Below are positions 1-8,172 of a DNA stretch of 46,366 nt, one piece after another. The stretch lies in NCBI GenBank assembly GCA_934167135.1, contig CAKPKI010000002.1, positions 1 through 46,366 of the forward strand, in the 5' to 3' direction. The stretch's first letter is position 1, and the number at the start of each line of letters is the position of its first letter. The notes under the pieces are model-generated. The model ran no database searches and was not told the DNA's origin. It saw only the letters and a list, made by a program, of their open reading frames with translations. Both the position numbers and the translations under genes were made by a program. Source of the stretch: an uncultured Clostridia bacterium. GTDB lineage: Bacteria > Bacillota > Clostridia > TANB77 > CAG-508.

Positions 1-823
1 TAAGAGGTCTATCCTCTTTATTTTGATTTTCTGGTGGTTTATCTATTTTTACTTTTTCTTTTTCTAGTATATTAGTTATTCTAGGAGCTCTTGTAAAATA
101 ATCATTTTGGGAATATAATTCTATATCAGTGTCGTCTTCTTCTATAGATTCTATAGTTTGTTGTTTATTTTTAGCAATGTCAAAAAAACTTTTATTATAA
201 CTTACAGAATCATATGGATTATTTACTAATATATTTTCTCCTAATATAATGATTTTTAATCCCATTATAAAAATGACATCTCCATTAAATAAAAGTTTCA
301 CTTTTTTATTTACAGGACTATTATTAACAAAAGTTCCAAATTTAGTATCATAATTTTCTATCATTAATTTTCCATTACTAAAAAATATTCTGGCATGTAT
401 TTGTTTTATTAGTGGATTATCATATACAATTGTATTAGAATTTCCCTTACCTATAAAAATATCACTTGATTTTTTTCTTTTTAATTGTGTATAATTGCTT
501 TCATAAGTAGGCTCGCAATATATAACAAAAAGTTCATCTTTAAAATCATTAATAGTAATATAATTCATATCATATTCTTTTAAAACAATTTGCTCTATTA
601 TATTATTATTTCCCTTTGATAATTGTGTTATATTAGATATTATAGCATCTTTAGGATTTATTATCTTTACATGATTATTGCTGTTTACTGTCCAATACCC
701 ATTATTACTTTCAATATTTACCAATTTTCTATTATTTTCTCCAACAATCCAATAATTCCCACTCGCATTTTTAGGTAATTTAGTTTTATATATTACATTT
801 TTTCCTATTAATGTTACAATCAT
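1..823 (-). CDS. essC: T7SSb FtsK/SpoIIIE-family ATPase EssC, N-terminal 274 codons only (gene runs off the left edge)
   Basis: Absent from the ORF track because it has no stop in the window. My translation from the ATG at 823..821 stays open to position 2 (MIVTLIGKNVIYKTKLPKNASGNYWIVGENN...). It has two FHA-like modules; the second reads DIFIGKGNSNTIVYDNPLIKQIHARIFFSNGKLMIENYDTKFGTFVNN. These are followed by YFTRAPRI...KIDKPP, the linker pattern that precedes the TM segments in firmicute EssC/YukB. Confidence 0.7.
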   Translation of the reverse strand, partial: MIVTLIGKNVIYKTKLPKNASGNYWIVGENNRKLVNIESNNGYWTVNSNNHVKIINPKDAIISNITQLSKGNNNIIEQIVLKEYDMNYITINDFKDELFVIYCEPTYESNYTQLKRKKSSDIFIGKGNSNTIVYDNPLIKQIHARIFFSNGKLMIENYDTKFGTFVNNSPVNKKVKLLFNGDVIFIMGLKIIILGENILVNNPYDSVSYNKSFFDIAKNKQQTIESIEEDDTDIELYSQNDYFTRAPRITNILEKEKVKIDKPPENQNKEDRPL

Positions 824-871
824 TTTTCACATCTCTTCCCTTTTTTCGTGTTTTTACTCTTATACAAATAA

Positions 872-908
872 TTCGTGTATAACTATATATCATCTAGTTA
901 TACACGAA
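872..908 (-). terminator. Perfect 14-bp hairpin between the WXG gene and essC (attenuator/partial terminator)
   Basis: ttcgtgtataacta (872..885) pairs perfectly with tagttatacacgaa (895..908) across a 9-nt loop. On the minus strand it is followed by a U-rich stretch, UUAUUUGUAU. Confidence 0.5.
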
Positions 909-928
909 AGTATTTATAATTTTTTATA

Positions 929-1561
929 TTACATTTGTATAGATTTTCTCGTCTCTGCATCAACATTATCAAAATCAGTTTTTGCAGCATTTATTATTCC
1001 ATCAAGTTGGTCTTGTATTTCTTTTAAAGCATTATTTACACTAGCTTTTAAATCATCATATGTTGACTGAAAAGTGGTTGCTGTCGGTCCATCCCAATTA
1101 ACAGAATTGAAAGATTTCTGATATTCATCCATTGAGGTTATTGCATTATCCAACACCTCTAAAATTTGATTTTTTCCATTAAGTATTTGTTCTGAATCAT
1201 AATGTTTAGTATCACTATCAAAAACAGGTTCTGCTTCAATTGCTGTTACATCATCATTTATATTTCCACCTATTTTAGTCTCTCCTCCAGTTCTACCACC
1301 TACTCTATAATTAGTTACAATTCCTTCAAGTGCTTGTGGCATAATATTAGTAGTAAGATTTATCATTTTATTAACATTTACTACCATCTCATTAATTGGT
1401 TCTATTACATCATTATATATTCCCCATCCATGCCAAGCCTCTCTTATTTTTGTATTAACAATATTATATACCTCTCTTAATGATTCATTTACATTTCGTC
1501 CTTTTCCTCTTATTTCATTTGCAACTTCTTCCATATTTGAAAAATTAGCATTAATCTCCAT
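929..1561 (-). CDS. Fused tandem WXG100 (ESAT-6/EsxA-like) protein, about 210 aa
   Basis: There are two helical modules of about 100 aa, each with a central W-x-G: EAWHGWG in module 1 and NWDGPTATTFQ in module 2. A Gly-rich linker (GGRTGGETKIGGN) joins them. The track start at 1579 is a TTG; the ATG at 1561 has a GGAGG 8 nt upstream. The gene lies immediately upstream of essC. Confidence 0.65.
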   Translation of the reverse strand: MEINANFSNMEEVANEIRGKGRNVNESLREVYNIVNTKIREAWHGWGIYNDVIEPINEMVVNVNKMINLTTNIMPQALEGIVTNYRVGGRTGGETKIGGNINDDVTAIEAEPVFDSDTKHYDSEQILNGKNQILEVLDNAITSMDEYQKSFNSVNWDGPTATTFQSTYDDLKASVNNALKEIQDQLDGIINAAKTDFDNVDAETRKSIQM

Positions 1562-1647
1562 ACTTTTTTCCTCCTTCAATATATTTAATTATTACAATAA
1601 AACTATATAATTTTTTTGTTTTATTTCTTTACAATAATTATAATTCA

Positions 1648-1676
1648 AATATAACAATAATATTTATAATTGTCAA
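1648..1676 (-). promoter_or_regulatory. Sigma-A-like promoter for the tandem-WXG gene
   Basis: Minus strand reads TTGACA (1676..1671), a 17-nt spacer, then TATATT (1653..1648). Confidence 0.45.
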
Positions 1677-1772
1677 CATATTTCTTCAAATTTTTTGCTT
1701 ATTTTATGTATGTAAATTTTTCTATCAAATTATTATATGATTTTTGAAGCTATAACTATATAAAATAGCTTA

Positions 1773-3437
1773 TTAATTAGATTTATTTTCTTCAATATTA
1801 CTTTCAATAGAATTCACAGTTGTACTTGAATTTACTTCTGACTTTATATTTGTATTATCACCAGTACTTACATTTATTGCAGCATTTTCACTAGCTTCTA
1901 TCTGTTGTGCATTAAAACTATATTTTTTACTATACACTTGAACATTTCCATTATTTTCTAAATCTTCAAAAGAAATTGTATATTTTTTCCCCCATGAGCT
2001 TACTACAACACCTTCATCATTTACATCAGTAATCAAAACTGAATGTTCTGTATTTTCATTCCAATCAGCAGTCGAACAATACTCTGTTTTATTTTCTGCA
2101 TCCATAAATTTAATTGGATGATCTTTATCTTGCTGTAAATTTAATACAACTTGTCCTTTGTTATCAGCTATACATGATTTTATATTTTCTTTTATATCAT
2201 CTGCGTTATCATTCGTCATCACTCCCATAGAAACCTTACCGTTTAACATCTCTGTCTTTAATTCAATTCCTTCTGGTTTTGTATTAATATAATCAGTCAT
2301 TATTTTTTGTATGTTTTCTGATGATGATAAATCTTGTTGCTCTTTGAATTTATAATTTCCATTTCCATCAATTTCTAAGAAATCTGAATTTACTTTCATC
2401 TTTCCATCTTCTGTAATTGTTAATAATTTTCCTCCGCATGCACTACTATTTACTGTTAAAAATATATCTGTTATAATACCTACATCATTTATAGATACTA
2501 TGCCTTCTTCATCTGTTTTATATAAAGAAAATCCAAATACTTTTTCAAATTTCTCAGGATTATCCTTAAATGATGCATAAATTAAATTACTTTCTATATC
2601 ATATCCATCTAATTCTGAATTTTTAATAGCCTGTCCTATCTTAGTTGCATCTTCTTTTGACAAATTATATTTTTCAGAGATCGTTTCTATATATTCTTTT
2701 GTTTCCTCTTCATTCATATTCTTTAATGCATTTTGATTTACACCATAATTTCCATTTAACTCTTCTAATATTCCAAATGATTTATCTATACTTAAGTTTT
2801 CTTTTTGCAATATTCTTTTTGCAATTTCACTTTGTATTTGTTTATCATTCATATTAACTAAATCTATTTTACCATCAGAAGCATCTTTCAATATTTCTGC
2901 CTTATACTTGTCTAAAATGTTTTTATCTACTGAACCTAGAACTTCATTTTTCTTTAATATTTCCTCAATTGCTGATTTTTTTTCTTCAAATATTTTTGTA
3001 TTATTTTTAGTATCTTTGTTACTACTGCTAATTTTATCATCCAACTTAGCTCCTGAAATTGATGAACTTCCACTAGAACTAATATTTGAATAACTAGATC
3101 CTGTATTAAAACTTGGGCTACTTGGGCTACTTGAATAACTACTTTTTGAAATACCCCCAACAGAAATTCCTGAAAAACTTGCTGCTACTTGTGATATTAT
3201 TGCTCTATTATCACTCTCAACCTGTTGAAAGGCAGTTATTCTATTAGCAATCCATCCACTAGCACTATTAATCATATTATATAATGATTTTATTTGTCCA
3301 ACTATACCAGAAAAATCCACATTAGATTCTGGTGGTAATATAATACTTCCAACAATAGATGCTGCCGATTCTGCACTTTTCTTTGCTTTTGTTAAATCTG
3401 ATTTTGCATCATTCATAGCTTCTTCATTTATATGCAT
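1773..3437 (-). CDS. Hypothetical 554-aa protein, candidate T7SS substrate/effector
   Basis: No signal peptide. It has an alpha-helical N-terminus of about 95 aa and a Ser-rich linker (SSYSSSPSSPSFNTGSSYSNISSSGSSSISG). A globular C-terminal region carries a possible Cys...His pair (SSACGG ... EHSVLITDVNDEGVVVSSWG). The gene sits between a helical partner gene and the WXG/essC genes. Confidence 0.4.
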   Translation of the reverse strand: MHINEEAMNDAKSDLTKAKKSAESAASIVGSIILPPESNVDFSGIVGQIKSLYNMINSASGWIANRITAFQQVESDNRAIISQVAASFSGISVGGISKSSYSSSPSSPSFNTGSSYSNISSSGSSSISGAKLDDKISSSNKDTKNNTKIFEEKKSAIEEILKKNEVLGSVDKNILDKYKAEILKDASDGKIDLVNMNDKQIQSEIAKRILQKENLSIDKSFGILEELNGNYGVNQNALKNMNEEETKEYIETISEKYNLSKEDATKIGQAIKNSELDGYDIESNLIYASFKDNPEKFEKVFGFSLYKTDEEGIVSINDVGIITDIFLTVNSSACGGKLLTITEDGKMKVNSDFLEIDGNGNYKFKEQQDLSSSENIQKIMTDYINTKPEGIELKTEMLNGKVSMGVMTNDNADDIKENIKSCIADNKGQVVLNLQQDKDHPIKFMDAENKTEYCSTADWNENTEHSVLITDVNDEGVVVSSWGKKYTISFEDLENNGNVQVYSKKYSFNAQQIEASENAAINVSTGDNTNIKSEVNSSTTVNSIESNIEENKSN

Positions 3438-3466
3438 AATAAATTCCTTTCCTTTCTATATTTTAT

Positions 3467-3964
3467 CTAGCTCCGCCCTGTGCTCTGAGCTGCTTCTAGG
3501 CTTTCTATTTCAGCTTTTATTTTTGCTATTTCAGCCTCCAGGCTTCCTATTTTATTTTCTATTCTTCTCAATTTTTGTCCTTCCTCTTCTACTAATTTCT
3601 CCACTTTTTCTAGTTCTTTCTTGAAGTCGTTTAGAGCTTTCGTTAATGCTGATTTGATACTTATAGCTCTAGTTGCTACAGTCTTTACATTTCTTATTTG
3701 ACTTGAATCATCTTTACTATCTGTTTTTAAACCACTTGTTAATTTTGCTGAAGCATTAGATGTAGCACTTGAAACATTTTCTAATTCTGAAATAGCCCTA
3801 TTAACCTTTGGTACTAAGCCATCTTTAGCAAATCTAAACCTATTTCTTTTATCTTTTAATTTTTCTAAATTTTCTTTTATTTCAGTTTTTTTTTCTTCCG
3901 CATCTGCTTTGCTCTTTTGCGCAGTTGCTAAATCAGACTTTAGTTGATCTAAACGTGTTGTCAT
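3467..3964 (-). CDS. 165-aa all-helical coiled-coil protein, possible T7SS helical partner/chaperone (Lap/Esx-like)
   Basis: Heptad-like, charged, helical sequence at both ends (KIGSLEAEIAKIKAEIESLEAA). A GGAGGG RBS precedes the ATG. The gene ends 29 nt before the start of the 554-aa gene. Confidence 0.4.
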   Translation of the reverse strand: MTTRLDQLKSDLATAQKSKADAEEKKTEIKENLEKLKDKRNRFRFAKDGLVPKVNRAISELENVSSATSNASAKLTSGLKTDSKDDSSQIRNVKTVATRAISIKSALTKALNDFKKELEKVEKLVEEEGQKLRRIENKIGSLEAEIAKIKAEIESLEAAQSTGRS

Positions 3965-4029
3965 ATTATCCCTCCATTTCTAACAAACAATTAATCTTTA
4001 CATATTAAAATATTTTATATTTCAAATTC

Positions 4030-4058
4030 ACTATAACAATAATCTTTTTTAAAGTCAA
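4030..4058 (-). promoter_or_regulatory. Sigma-A-like promoter for the 165-aa/554-aa gene pair
   Basis: Minus strand reads TTGACT (4058..4053), a 17-nt spacer, then TATAGT (4035..4030). Confidence 0.45.
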
Positions 4059-4198
4059 TAGTTTTATTATTTTTTTACAATATTTTATATTTTCCATAGT
4101 TTTACAATATTCATTTCAACAAGAAAAAACCCTTCCCAAACTATCATACAATAATTTGAAAAGAGTCAAATCTCACTATCATTTATTCAAATTTCCAA

Positions 4199-6241
4199 CT
4201 ACTCATCCAAGGGACCAAACAACTCATCAAACTTAGCCTCAAGTTCCTTCTGTAAATCATAAGAATCCTCATCCTCAACTTGAGGAGTAGAATTAGTAGA
4301 AAACTGAGAAGGAGTAGACAAGTCATCAAACAAATCATCAATAGAAGTATTCAAATCAGACTCAGAATCACTCTTATTCGGTCTCTTAGTTGCCACAGCA
4401 ACAGGTTCAGCAACCTTATTTTCCTCTTTTTTAGGTTCATCATCAAACAAATCATCCAATGACTCAACCTGTAAATTCTGAACCTCTTTTTCAGACTTAT
4501 CTTCTGTCCAAGGATTATATGGATTAAACTTTCTCCACTCTCCTCTATCCATTTCCTCAATATCATTATGACTAATTTCAACCTTTTTAAGTGAATTAAT
4601 CATCTCTTTATGTTTAAAATAATAGAATTTATTAGCCTTAACAGGTTTTATTCCTTTTTCAAAAATAATGCATAAATCATTATCCATTCTTCTCAATTCA
4701 TCTGGAGTCATTAAAGCCCTAGCCATTACCTGGTCTGAAGTACTTTGTCCTGTTTTAAAATATTTTCTATCTCTATTTATAGAAATACTATCTCTTTCAA
4801 TTGTTTTTTCACCTAATGCTTTAGAAAAATACTCTACAGTTTTATATGAGTTACTTCCTAAAAACAAATGTGTATCACAGTTACCAATAATTGTTTCATA
4901 AGATTTCTCATATATAGCCTCTAATTGGTCTAAGTTCTGTAGAATTACGCTAAATGATATTTTTCTACTTCTTGATGTAGAAATCTTTTTATCAAAATCA
5001 GGAATCTTTCCAATATTAGCAAACTCATCCAATATAAAGTATGTTGGAACTTTTAAAGCTCCTCCATTATCATCAGCAAAATTATATAATTGTTGTATCA
5101 TTTGTGAGAAAAATATAGTTAATAGGAAATCATATGCTGTATGTGTATCAGAAGAAATTACATAAACTGCTGTTTTTTGGCTTCCTATTTCTTCAAAATC
5201 AATTGTATCTGTTGATGTTACTTCTGCAATTTCTTTAGAGTCAAATTTTCCTAACTTTGATTGCAAAGTACTTAATATTGAGCCATATGTTTTTTCTGGT
5301 GCTATTTCAATAGATTTATAATTCATTCTTGCTGGATGGTCATATGGTAGCTTACTTATTAATTCCGTAAGCAAGTTACTTCCACCATTTGAGTTTGCAG
5401 CTCTTACTAATTCAGCACAACTTGCTAAGTTCTGTTCTTCTTCTGGTCTTGTTGCCATCAAATAATATATTAATGCTTTTAATAACATTTCTGCCATGTC
5501 GTCCCAATAAGGGTCTGAACCACCATCTGATTTTTGGCCTTTTACAATTGTATTTGCAATAACATCTACATCTATTTCTGATGTTATATGATGTAATGGA
5601 TTATATCCATCACTGTTTTGTGGTTTTACTAAATTAAGTACTTTTATTTTATATCCATGTGCTTTCATAAATCCAGCTGTTCTATCATACAATTCTCCTT
5701 TAGGGTCTGTAAATACATATGACCCTAATAGTTGGCATGCATTTGGGATTGAGTATGATGCTGATTTACCAGAACCAGAACCTCCGACTACTAATACATT
5801 AACATTTCCTCTTTTATCTACTGGCAAATAATTATTTTCTGCTAAAACAATTCCTTTTTTATTATTTAAAATTGCATATTGTTCTCCATTTTTGCTCCAG
5901 TCACTTGAACCATGTTCAAAATCTGTATATTCATTTTTTGGTGCTGACCTAGCAACCCCAACTATAAAGAATATTGCAAATATTATTGAAAATGTAACTA
6001 ATGCTTTTATATAAGCTCCCATATATCCATTTTCTGCAATATTTGCAAATGCTTTAAATGGATTTTTCATTGCATTTACAAAAACATCTATAGCTCCAAA
6101 TGTGCTTCCTTCTGGAGCTGGTATATTAAATGCCGATACTATCGGCACAATTAATACTATGGCTATAAATAACCATAGTATTCCAAATAGTATAAAATAT
6201 TTTTTATTTTTTCTTATTGCACCTTCTACTTTATAATTCAT
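4199..6241 (-). CDS. Type IV secretion coupling protein (VirD4/TraG family T4CP)
   Basis: Two N-terminal TM helices. Walker A is VLVVGGSGSGKSASYSIPN and Walker B is YFILDEFANIG. Other family-typical blocks are VFTDPKGELY, HLFLGSNSYKTVEYFS and LMTPDELRRM. The C-terminal tail is long and acidic. RBS is GAAGGTGA. Confidence 0.85.
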   Translation of the reverse strand: MNYKVEGAIRKNKKYFILFGILWLFIAIVLIVPIVSAFNIPAPEGSTFGAIDVFVNAMKNPFKAFANIAENGYMGAYIKALVTFSIIFAIFFIVGVARSAPKNEYTDFEHGSSDWSKNGEQYAILNNKKGIVLAENNYLPVDKRGNVNVLVVGGSGSGKSASYSIPNACQLLGSYVFTDPKGELYDRTAGFMKAHGYKIKVLNLVKPQNSDGYNPLHHITSEIDVDVIANTIVKGQKSDGGSDPYWDDMAEMLLKALIYYLMATRPEEEQNLASCAELVRAANSNGGSNLLTELISKLPYDHPARMNYKSIEIAPEKTYGSILSTLQSKLGKFDSKEIAEVTSTDTIDFEEIGSQKTAVYVISSDTHTAYDFLLTIFFSQMIQQLYNFADDNGGALKVPTYFILDEFANIGKIPDFDKKISTSRSRKISFSVILQNLDQLEAIYEKSYETIIGNCDTHLFLGSNSYKTVEYFSKALGEKTIERDSISINRDRKYFKTGQSTSDQVMARALMTPDELRRMDNDLCIIFEKGIKPVKANKFYYFKHKEMINSLKKVEISHNDIEEMDRGEWRKFNPYNPWTEDKSEKEVQNLQVESLDDLFDDEPKKEENKVAEPVAVATKRPNKSDSESDLNTSIDDLFDDLSTPSQFSTNSTPQVEDEDSYDLQKELEAKFDELFGPLDE

Positions 6242-6269
6242 TTATAAATCACCTTCTCTTTGGTTTGTA

Positions 6270-6572
6270 TTATATGGTATGTTCTTTGCTGTTTTTAACT
6301 TTGTTTGGATTGTTTCCATCATATGCTTTAATAGCAACATATTCACTTGTTTCTGCAACAATTTGTCCATCTTTTCTTAATGTTTCTATTATAGATATTA
6401 CTGGTTTTGCATTATTGATTTTTGTGTCCATTTCTTTTTTTATGCTTCTTTTTCCACAAAGACTATAAGTAAATTTTACTTTATCATCTTTTCCTGCTGC
6501 ACTTCCTATTTTTTTACCATTTACTGTGCTATTTACCATAGTAAATTGCCCCTCCTTAAACTTTTCCATCAT
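6270..6572 (-). CDS. Hypothetical 100-aa protein in the T4CP operon
   Basis: The ORF overlaps the upstream gene by 17 nt and ends 28 nt before the T4CP start. I recognise no motif. Confidence 0.45.
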   Translation of the reverse strand: MMEKFKEGQFTMVNSTVNGKKIGSAAGKDDKVKFTYSLCGKRSIKKEMDTKINNAKPVISIIETLRKDGQIVAETSEYVAIKAYDGNNPNKVKNSKEHTI

Positions 6573-7083
6573 CCTCTCTTACTTCGAATGCGAAATAAGA
6601 TTTGTATGGTTTTAATTTGCATCTTCCCTTTACTTTATTTTCATTTTCATCAAAATAAAGTCTAGGTTTTAATTCTTCTGTAGTTTCAGGATCTATAACA
6701 CATATGTCTCTTTTCATATTCGGTGTATAGTTAAATTCTTTAAATTCCTGTTCTTCTTCTGAATATAGTGTATTAAACTTAAACGGTGTTGGTACTTTTG
6801 ATATTCTTACCTCGTTGTCAATTAGTATTCCTGAGTTTATTACCACATTTTCTTTTCCAAATGATAGAATTACTAATTGATTTCCATTTTGTTGTGGCTC
6901 GTCAACGTAAAATGTTTTTCTTGTATTTTCTCCTCTGATTTCTTCTGTAAAATCTAATCTTTCAACAGTATATTTAGGATAATCTTTTAAAAATTCTTTT
7001 TTTGTTTTATTTATTTGATAAATTACTGTATTTACTCCTTTTGGATCTGTTATACTAAAATGTTTTCCTTGTAACATCTCCAT
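6556..7083 (-). CDS. Hypothetical 175-aa protein, first gene of the T4CP operon
   Basis: The ORF has a GAGGTG RBS and sits directly downstream of a consensus promoter. It has no signal peptide and no motif I recognise. Confidence 0.5.
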   Translation of the reverse strand: MEMLQGKHFSITDPKGVNTVIYQINKTKKEFLKDYPKYTVERLDFTEEIRGENTRKTFYVDEPQQNGNQLVILSFGKENVVINSGILIDNEVRISKVPTPFKFNTLYSEEEQEFKEFNYTPNMKRDICVIDPETTEELKPRLYFDENENKVKGRCKLKPYKSYFAFEVREDDGKV

Positions 7084-7152
7084 GTATATTTACACCTCAT
7101 TCCCTATGATTTAATCCATAGTTTATCTTATGTTTACGAACTCACACTAATA

Positions 7153-7181
7153 ATTATACTAAATTTTATTCATTATGTCAA
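7153..7181 (-). promoter_or_regulatory. Consensus sigma-A promoter for the 175aa-100aa-T4CP operon
   Basis: Minus strand reads TTGACA (7181..7176), a 17-nt spacer, then TATAAT (7158..7153). Both hexamers match consensus perfectly. Confidence 0.55.
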
Positions 7182-7226
7182 TAGTATCACTGATTTTTCA
7201 GTACTTTTAAGCATCTTTTTTAATTC

Positions 7227-8114
7227 TTAAACTCTTCTTGGATTAAATTTTGATATTTCTTTTAATTTTTTGAAGATTTCTTTTTCTTCACTTGTTAATT
7301 TATCTGGAACTACAATTTTAATTTGTGCTATTAAATTACCTCTTTTACCTTTTGGTGTTTTATATCCTTTTTCTGGTATCTCAATTATTTCTCCTGACTG
7401 TACCCCATTTGGTATAAACACTGCTGTTTGACTATCATCTATTGAATTTACTTTTGCTTTTGTTCCTAAAGCCGCTTCCCACGGAGTTATCGGCACTATT
7501 GTATATAAGTCATCTCCGTCTAATTTGTATTTTTTTCCATTTTCTATATTTATTTTAATATACAAATCTCCGTTTTTTCCACCATTTCTTCCTTGTTTTC
7601 CTTGTCCAAGTAATCGTATTTTTTCTCCATTTTGTATACCTTCTGGAATTTTTACTTCTATTGTTTTTGATTTTCCTTCTATGTCTTTTAGTACAAGCTT
7701 TTTTTCAGTTCCATAAAATCCATCTTCTATTGATATGTTTATTTCTGTTTCTATATTTTCTCCTTTAACCGGAGGTATCTGACTTTGAGCTATTTCTTCT
7801 TTTATTTCGCTATTACCAAAAAACATTCCAAAAAATTCACTAGCAACTTCACCAGATGTTTTTTGTTTTGCTCTTTTTTGTTTATATCCTATATTATAAT
7901 TCCAACTTCTATCATATTTTTTCTTTGTTGATGGGTTTGATAATATTCTATATGCTTCGTTTATATCTTTTATTCTTTCTTCTGCTACTTTATTACCAAC
8001 ATTAACATCTGGATGATATTTTTTGGCTTGCTTCCTGTATGCCGATTTTATTTGTTCTATTGATACTTTACTATTTTCTAGCTCTAATATTTTGTAATAA
8101 TCTTTGAATTTCAT
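7227..8114 (-). CDS. DnaJ-domain protein, CbpA-like (J domain plus DnaJ C-terminal domains, no zinc finger)
   Basis: The J domain is KDYYKILELE...AYRKQAKKYHPDVN, with the HPD motif. C-terminal beta domains are present and there is no CxxCxGxG repeat. The likely start is the ATG at 8114, with GGGAGGA upstream, rather than the track start at 8129. Confidence 0.75.
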   Translation of the reverse strand: MKFKDYYKILELENSKVSIEQIKSAYRKQAKKYHPDVNVGNKVAEERIKDINEAYRILSNPSTKKKYDRSWNYNIGYKQKRAKQKTSGEVASEFFGMFFGNSEIKEEIAQSQIPPVKGENIETEINISIEDGFYGTEKKLVLKDIEGKSKTIEVKIPEGIQNGEKIRLLGQGKQGRNGGKNGDLYIKINIENGKKYKLDGDDLYTIVPITPWEAALGTKAKVNSIDDSQTAVFIPNGVQSGEIIEIPEKGYKTPKGKRGNLIAQIKIVVPDKLTSEEKEIFKKLKEISKFNPRRV

Positions 8115-8172
8115 TTGACGTCCTCCCAAAAATAATTGGTATTTGCATTATATCAATTTTTGACAAAAAAAT

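Noticed and set aside
3040-3170. Short tandem nucleotide repeats (cttgggcta cttgggcta and similar) inside the 554-aa gene.
   Set aside because: They simply encode the Ser/Pro-rich linker (SSPSSPS). The region is too short and imperfect to count as a repeat element.
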